Assembly: GCA_035281605.1 (NCBI GenBank)
Contig: DATEDR010000413.1
Location: 1,623-65,622 of the forward strand
Length of the DNA stretch: 64,000 nucleotides
DNA from: Sphingobium sp.
Lineage (GTDB): Bacteria; Pseudomonadota; Alphaproteobacteria; Sphingomonadales; Sphingomonadaceae
Direction: 5' to 3'
Of this stretch, positions 58,639-64,000 are shown in pieces. The notes under the pieces were generated by a model. It saw only the letters and a list, made by a program, of their open reading frames with translations. It was not told the origin of the DNA and did no database searches. How positions within the stretch are numbered: position 1 is the stretch's first letter; the number at the start of each line of letters is the position of its first letter. The translations under genes and the position numbers were made by a program.

Positions 58639-61097
58639 ACCTGCGTGAATACCGCAATGGTGCCGATCGCCTTGCCGATCATCTCCCTTGGGCCGCGTTG
58701 GTGGCCAAGGGCGTGGTGCTGAACAAGGATGGAAGCTTCCAGCGCACACTCCGCTTCCGTGGTCCCGATCTGGAGTCGGCGACCGAAGCTGAGTTGGTTT
58801 CGGTCTGCGCGCGGGCGAACAATGCACTGCGGCGTCTGGGATCGGGCTGGGCGCTGTTCTTCGATGCCGAACGTATTGAGGCGCTGGGCTATCCCGGCAG
58901 CGTCTTTCCCGATCCCGCGTCCTGGCTCGTGGACGAGGAACGGCGCGCGCATTTCGATGGGAGGCGGGGTCAGCATTTCGAGAGCCGCTATCATTTGACC
59001 CTCTGCTACCTGCCGCCCGCCGATCAGGTGAGCCGCGCCGAACGGGCGCTGCTCGAACGCGAGACACCGCAACAGGATCGCGATTGGCGACAGGAACTGC
59101 GCGGTTTCATCGCCGAGACCGACCGGGTTCTGGACTTGCTTTCAGGTTTCATGGCCGAGGTCCGCGCGTTGGACGACGCTGAAACGCTAACTTTCCTCCA
59201 CGGCCGCATTTCCGCAGGACGCCATCCCGTCGTGGTGCCGGAAACACCGATGTATCTCGACGCCCTGCTGGTCGATACGCCGCTATCGGGCGGGATCGAA
59301 CCGATGCTGGGCGAAGCCCATCTTCGCACCGTCACGATGCTGGGATTCCCCAACGCGACCCGGCCCGGCATTCTCGACGCGCTCAACCATCAGGGTTTTG
59401 CCTATCGCTGGGCTACCCGCTTCATCGCACTGGACAAGACCGCCGCGAACAAGGCGCTAACCCGCATTCGGCGGCAATGGTTCAACAAAAGGAAGTCCAT
59501 CGCGCAGCTTATGCGCGAGGTGATGATGAACGAGCCGGTTCCGCTCACCGACAGCGATGCCGACAACAAGGTTGCCGATGCCGATCTCGCGCTTCAGGCT
59601 TTGGGCGGCGATCATGTGGCATTCGGTTACTACACGGCCACCATCACGGTGTCGGACAAGGATCGCGCTGCGGCCGATGAAAAGGTTCGCATCGTCGAGC
59701 GTATCGTCAATGGCCTGGGCTTCACCTGCATCCGCGAGAGCGTCAATGCGGTCGAAGCCTGGCTGGGGTCGCTGCCCGGCCATGTCTATGCCAACGTCCG
59801 GCAGCCGCTGGTCCATACGCTGAACCTGTCCCACCTGATGCCGTTGTCGTCGGTGTGGGCAGGCCCGGCGCGCAACGATCACTTGGCCGGGCCACCCTTG
59901 CTTTATGCCGAGACGAGCGGATCGACACCGTTTCGCCTGTCCACCCATGTCAGCGACGTGGGACATATGTTGATCGTCGGCCCAACCGGCGCGGGCAAGT
60001 CCGTTCTGCTTGCGCTGCTTGCCCTGCAATTTCGTCGATACGCCGGGTCACAGGTCTATATCTTCGACAAGGGGCTGTCGGCGCGCGCCGCCGTGCTGGC
60101 GATGGGCGGCGAACATCATGCCCTTGGGACAAGCGACGCGCTGGCGTTCCAGCCCTTGCGGAATATCGACGATGACGCCGAGCGAGCATGGGCCGCTGAA
60201 TGGATCGGCGCGCTGCTCGCCCATGAGCGGATCGACGTCACGCCGGAGATCAAGGAAGCCCTCTGGTCCGCGCTTAGCAGCCTTGCCAGCGCTCCGCCCG
60301 AGGAACGGACGCTGACGGGCCTTTCGGTGCTGCTCCAATCCAATGCGCTCAAAGCGGCGCTGATGCCCTATACGCTCGAAGGCCCGTTCGGCAGGCTGCT
60401 CGACGCCGCCGAAAACAGCCTCGCGCTCTCCGACGTGCAATGCTTCGAGACAGAGACGCTGATGCACAGTGCCGGCGTCGTTCTGCCGGTGCTGACCTAT
60501 CTGTTCCACCGGCTCGAAGAGCGCTTCGACGGGCTGCCAACGCTTCTCATTCTCGACGAAGCCTGGGTGCTTCTAGACAACCCGCTGTTCGCCCAGCGCA
60601 TCCGCGAATGGCTGAAGGTTCTCCGCAAGAAGAATGTCAGTGTGGTGTTCGCCACCCAGTCGCTCGCCGACATTGCCGACAGCAGCATTGCCCCGGCGAT
60701 CATCGAATCCTGCCCGCAACGCATCTTCCTCGCGAACGATCGCGCGATCGAGCCGCAGGGTCGCGCCGCCTATGAGCGGTTCGGTCTCAACGACCGGCAG
60801 ATCGAATTGATCGCCCGCGCCACGCCGAAGCGGCATTATTATCTGCAATCGCGGCGCGGCAATCGCCTGTTCGAACTCGCCCTTGGCCCCATCGCGCTCT
60901 GTCTATGCGGCGCATCCGATCCCGAAACCCAAAACCTGATCGACGCCCTGCTGCGCAGCGAAGGCGCTGACGGCTTCCTCGCGGCCTTTCTCGAAGCACG
61001 CGGCTTTTCCTGGGCTTCGGAACTGATCGCTGACTTTCCCGGTGCGCAGCGCACCGGGACCGAACCCATCACCCCCCAGCAGAAGGAGCTATTGTGA
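58632..61097 (+). CDS. trbE: TrbE/VirB4 ATPase
   Basis: MLNLREYR, GPTGAGKS, LILDEAW, FATQS. Confidence 0.95.
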   Translation: MLNLREYRNGADRLADHLPWAALVAKGVVLNKDGSFQRTLRFRGPDLESATEAELVSVCARANNALRRLGSGWALFFDAERIEALGYPGSVFPDPASWLVDEERRAHFDGRRGQHFESRYHLTLCYLPPADQVSRAERALLERETPQQDRDWRQELRGFIAETDRVLDLLSGFMAEVRALDDAETLTFLHGRISAGRHPVVVPETPMYLDALLVDTPLSGGIEPMLGEAHLRTVTMLGFPNATRPGILDALNHQGFAYRWATRFIALDKTAANKALTRIRRQWFNKRKSIAQLMREVMMNEPVPLTDSDADNKVADADLALQALGGDHVAFGYYTATITVSDKDRAAADEKVRIVERIVNGLGFTCIRESVNAVEAWLGSLPGHVYANVRQPLVHTLNLSHLMPLSSVWAGPARNDHLAGPPLLYAETSGSTPFRLSTHVSDVGHMLIVGPTGAGKSVLLALLALQFRRYAGSQVYIFDKGLSARAAVLAMGGEHHALGTSDALAFQPLRNIDDDAERAWAAEWIGALLAHERIDVTPEIKEALWSALSSLASAPPEERTLTGLSVLLQSNALKAALMPYTLEGPFGRLLDAAENSLALSDVQCFETETLMHSAGVVLPVLTYLFHRLEERFDGLPTLLILDEAWVLLDNPLFAQRIREWLKVLRKKNVSVVFATQSLADIADSSIAPAIIESCPQRIFLANDRAIEPQGRAAYERFGLNDRQIELIARATPKRHYYLQSRRGNRLFELALGPIALCLCGASDPETQNLIDALLRSEGADGFLAAFLEARGFSWASELIADFPGAQRTGTEPITPQQKELL

Positions 61098-61822
61098 TGA
61101 AATTCCGCCCATTCGCCGCATTTCTGGCCGTGACATCGATGATCACAACCGCCGTGATCGTGCCCGTCGCCCCGGCGCACGCCATCGTGGTGTTCGATCC
61201 GTCGAACTACGCGCAGAACGTGCTGACCGCAGCTCGTACGCTACAACAGATCAACAACCAGATTCAGGCGCTTCAGAACCAGGCGTCGATGCTGACCAAC
61301 ATGACCAAGCATCTCCAGCGCCTCGATTTCTCCTCGCTCACGCAGATCACCCGCTCGATGCAGCGGATCGGTACGCTGATGAACCAGGCCGAGGGCATCG
61401 CCTTCGACCTCGCCTCGACCGACGAGGCATTACGCCAGCAGTTCCCCGCCGTGTTCGATACCGCGCTTTCCACCAATGAGATCGTCACGCAGGCCCGTGC
61501 CCGCTTTCAGGCCTCGATGCAGGGCTATCGTCAGACGATGCGCGTGCAGGCCCAGGTGGTCGAGAATATCGGGGCCGATGCCGAGTTGCTCGGCGAACTC
61601 GTCACGCAGAGCCAGTCGGCGACCGGCAGCCTGCAGGCTGCACAAGCGACCAACCAGCTCATCGCGCTCAGCACCAAGCAGCAGTTCCAGATCCAGCAGA
61701 TGATGGCGGCGCAATATCGCGCCGATGCGCTCGAACGTGCGCGCCAGCAGCAGGCCATGGAAGTCGCACGCGAGCGCACGAAGCGCTTCATCGGCTCGGC
61801 CCGGATCTACACGCGCAACTGA
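61094..61822 (+). CDS. trbJ: TrbJ/VirB5
   Basis: VFDPSNYAQNVLTAARTLQQINNQI. Confidence 0.92.
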   Translation: MMKFRPFAAFLAVTSMITTAVIVPVAPAHAIVVFDPSNYAQNVLTAARTLQQINNQIQALQNQASMLTNMTKHLQRLDFSSLTQITRSMQRIGTLMNQAEGIAFDLASTDEALRQQFPAVFDTALSTNEIVTQARARFQASMQGYRQTMRVQAQVVENIGADAELLGELVTQSQSATGSLQAAQATNQLIALSTKQQFQIQQMMAAQYRADALERARQQQAMEVARERTKRFIGSARIYTRN

Positions 61823-61847
61823 CGGCATCCATAAAGGCGGCCCGGCC

Positions 61848-63167
61848 ATGAACCCCGACCTCAACATCATCGACAGCTTCCTCGAAGCCTTCATCAGCTA
61901 CATCGATTCCGGTTTCGGCCTGTTGTCGGGCGATGTGGCATTTCTCACCACGGTGCTGATCGGCATCGATGTGACCCTCGCCGCGCTGTGGTGGGCAATG
62001 GAGAGCGATCAGGATGTGCTCGGCAAGCTCATCAAGAAAGTCCTCTATGTCGGGGCCTTCGCCTTCATCATCGGCAACTTCAATACGCTCGCCGAGATCA
62101 TCTTCCGCAGTTTCTCCGGTCTCGGCATCACGGCGGGCGGCGGGGGCGTGTCGGCCGACGACCTCATGCACCCCGGCGCGATCGCCGGCACCGGGTTCGA
62201 GGCAGCGCATCCCTTGCTTGAGAAGGTGTCCGAACTTTCGGGCTTCCCGGATTTCTTCGGCAATTTCCTGTCGATCGCAGTGCTGCTTATCTGCTGGTTG
62301 TTGGTGGTGCTGGCCTTCTTCATCCTTGCCATCCAGCTCTTCATCATCATCCTCGAATTCAAGCTGACGGCGCTCGCGGGGTTCGTCCTCGTGCCCTTTG
62401 CCCTCTGGAACAAGACCAGCTTCCTCGCCGAACGAGTGCTGGGCAATGTCGTGTCGTCGGGCATCAAGGTCATGGTGCTGGCCGTCATCATCGGCATCGG
62501 CACCAATCTCTTCGACCAGATGACGACACTGTTGGGCAGCGATCCCGAGATCGCCGAGGCCCTGACGCTGCTTATGGGGGCGCTGACCCTGTTCGGCCTC
62601 GGCATCTTCGGCCCGGGCATCGCATCGGGCCTCGTTTCCGGCGCGCCGCAGCTTGGCGCTGGCGCTGCCGTCGGCACGATGGCGGGCGCGGCGATCATGA
62701 CGGGAGGTGCGGCCGTGCTGGGGACGCGTGGTGCGATGCTGGCGGGACGCAGCGGCATGGGCGCGATTCGAGCCGGCACTGCAATGGGATCGGCCGCCTC
62801 CAGTGCCTACAGGCTCGGCCAGGAAACGTCCGGCAGCGCCAGCGTTGGTGCTGGCCTCGGCGGTATCGCCACGGCTGCTGGCGGCGCGGCGGCGCAAAAC
62901 GTCAAAGCCGCGACCTCGCGCATTGTCGGTCCGATCCGGGAAAGCGCGGCGAAGGGTAGCCAAGCCGCATGGACTGCCGGCCGCACATCGCCGGTGCCCT
63001 CCGCTCCGTCCAGCGGCGCAACTCCATCCGATCCAGCTCCGGCATGGGCGCGCAATCTGCACGCGCAGCAGACAGCGCGTCATCACCGCCACATGGCCGT
63101 GCAGGCCGTCAAGGATGGCGACCGGCCCGGCGGCGGAGCCAATCCCGACCTCAGCGAAAAGGAGTGA
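61848..63167 (+). CDS. trbL: TrbL/VirB6
   Basis: YIDSGFGLL, EFKLT.LAGFVLVPF, GLVSGAPQLGAG. Confidence 0.92.
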   Translation: MNPDLNIIDSFLEAFISYIDSGFGLLSGDVAFLTTVLIGIDVTLAALWWAMESDQDVLGKLIKKVLYVGAFAFIIGNFNTLAEIIFRSFSGLGITAGGGGVSADDLMHPGAIAGTGFEAAHPLLEKVSELSGFPDFFGNFLSIAVLLICWLLVVLAFFILAIQLFIIILEFKLTALAGFVLVPFALWNKTSFLAERVLGNVVSSGIKVMVLAVIIGIGTNLFDQMTTLLGSDPEIAEALTLLMGALTLFGLGIFGPGIASGLVSGAPQLGAGAAVGTMAGAAIMTGGAAVLGTRGAMLAGRSGMGAIRAGTAMGSAASSAYRLGQETSGSASVGAGLGGIATAAGGAAAQNVKAATSRIVGPIRESAAKGSQAAWTAGRTSPVPSAPSSGATPSDPAPAWARNLHAQQTARHHRHMAVQAVKDGDRPGGGANPDLSEKE

Positions 63168-63172
63168 ACCCC

Positions 63173-64000
63173 ATGATCTTCAAACGATCGATCCAGCGCT
63201 ATGGGGTCACGCCCCAGCCTGAATCCCCCTATCAACGCGCCGGCCAACTTTGGGACGAGCGTATCGGTTCGGCGCGCGTACAGGCGCGGAACTGGCGGCT
63301 TGTCGCCTTCTCCTGTCTCGGTCTGACCGGAATCCTCATCGCATCGAATGTCTGGCAGTCGATGCAGGCCCGTGTCGCACCTTATGTGGTCGAGGTGGAC
63401 CGCTTGGGCGAGGCTCGCTCGGTCGCGCCGGCGATTCAGAATTACAAGCCGACCGACGGACAGGTCGCATGGCATCTGGCGCGTTTCATCACCCATGTCC
63501 GTTCCGTTTCGACCGATCCGGTGCTGGTGAAGACGAACTGGCTCGCCGCCTACGACTTCGCCACCGACCGCGCTGCGATATTCCTCAATGAATATGCCCG
63601 CTCCAACGACCCCTTCGCCGGGATCGGTCAGCGCAGCGTTTCGGTGCAGGTGACCAGCGTGGTGCGTGCGTCTGACAGCAGCTTTCAGGTCAAATGGACC
63701 GAGAGCATCTACGAGCGCGGCGGCCTTGCGAAGACCGAGCATTGGACCGCTATGCTCACCGTGGTGATGCAACCGCCCAAGACGGCCGATGCGCTCCGCA
63801 AGAATCCGCTCGGGCTGTTCGTCAACGCGATCGACTGGGCGCGAGAACTGGACGGCCAGCCATCCCAACCGCGAGACGCATCCTCCTCACGGGAGCCACC
63901 TCCATTCAGCCCGACGATTTCGAACGCAGTTCCGGTCGCATCAGAGCCGACGCCGAGCATCACCCCATCCACTTCCGAAAAGAAAGGAAACCATCCATGA
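63173..64000 (+). CDS. trbF: TrbF/VirB8-like; stop overlaps a probable trbG ATG at 63997
   Basis: YQRAGQLWDERIGSARVQARNWR, PYVVEVD, NPLGLFV. Confidence 0.92.
   Translation: MIFKRSIQRYGVTPQPESPYQRAGQLWDERIGSARVQARNWRLVAFSCLGLTGILIASNVWQSMQARVAPYVVEVDRLGEARSVAPAIQNYKPTDGQVAWHLARFITHVRSVSTDPVLVKTNWLAAYDFATDRAAIFLNEYARSNDPFAGIGQRSVSVQVTSVVRASDSSFQVKWTESIYERGGLAKTEHWTAMLTVVMQPPKTADALRKNPLGLFVNAIDWARELDGQPSQPRDASSSREPPPFSPTISNAVPVASEPTPSITPSTSEKKGNHP

Larger units (their letters stand above)
1..64000. mobile_element. Integrative conjugative element, Tn4371/ICEMlSym-like (both ends lie outside the window)
   Basis: Tyrosine integrase at left edge; qseM/qseC, fseA, ardC, parB, rdfS-traF-SLT-relaxase, traG and trb T4SS genes in the order typical of this family; cargo inserted between backbone blocks; no att site visible. 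Confidence 0.9.

Noticed and set aside
1-64000. CRISPR array, tRNA/rRNA, IS transposase, att sites
   Set aside because: No regularly spaced repeats, RNA gene signatures, DDE ORFs or att-like direct repeats seen by eye; element ends lie outside the window

Overview
High-GC alphaproteobacterial (sphingomonad-like, by inference) DNA that is almost entirely one integrative conjugative element of the Tn4371/ICEMlSym type. From left to right it holds the 3' end of a tyrosine integrase, metal-resistance cargo (chrAC, cus-type RND pump, copA/cueR) and three TonB-dependent iron receptors with PepSY partners. Next come a qseM/qseC-like switch, a haem-uptake cluster (ECF sigma, FecR, receptor, hemophilin, Slam, HemO, TonB) and a frameshift-encoded FseA-like activator. 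These are followed by ardC-parB-DUF736-rdfS-traF-SLT-relaxase, a ~10.5 kb defence island and traG-trbBCDEJLF. The most interesting locus (44.0-49.7 kb) is a CapH/CapP-controlled Pycsar-like operon. Besides the usual PycC cyclase and cNMP-TIR effector, it carries a second single-chain two-domain cyclase with split catalytic motifs and a duplicated C-terminal peptide (EPMRAHA x2), plus a stand-alone E2-like enzyme with no E1 or JAB. All calls are from motif recognition by eye; no searches were run.
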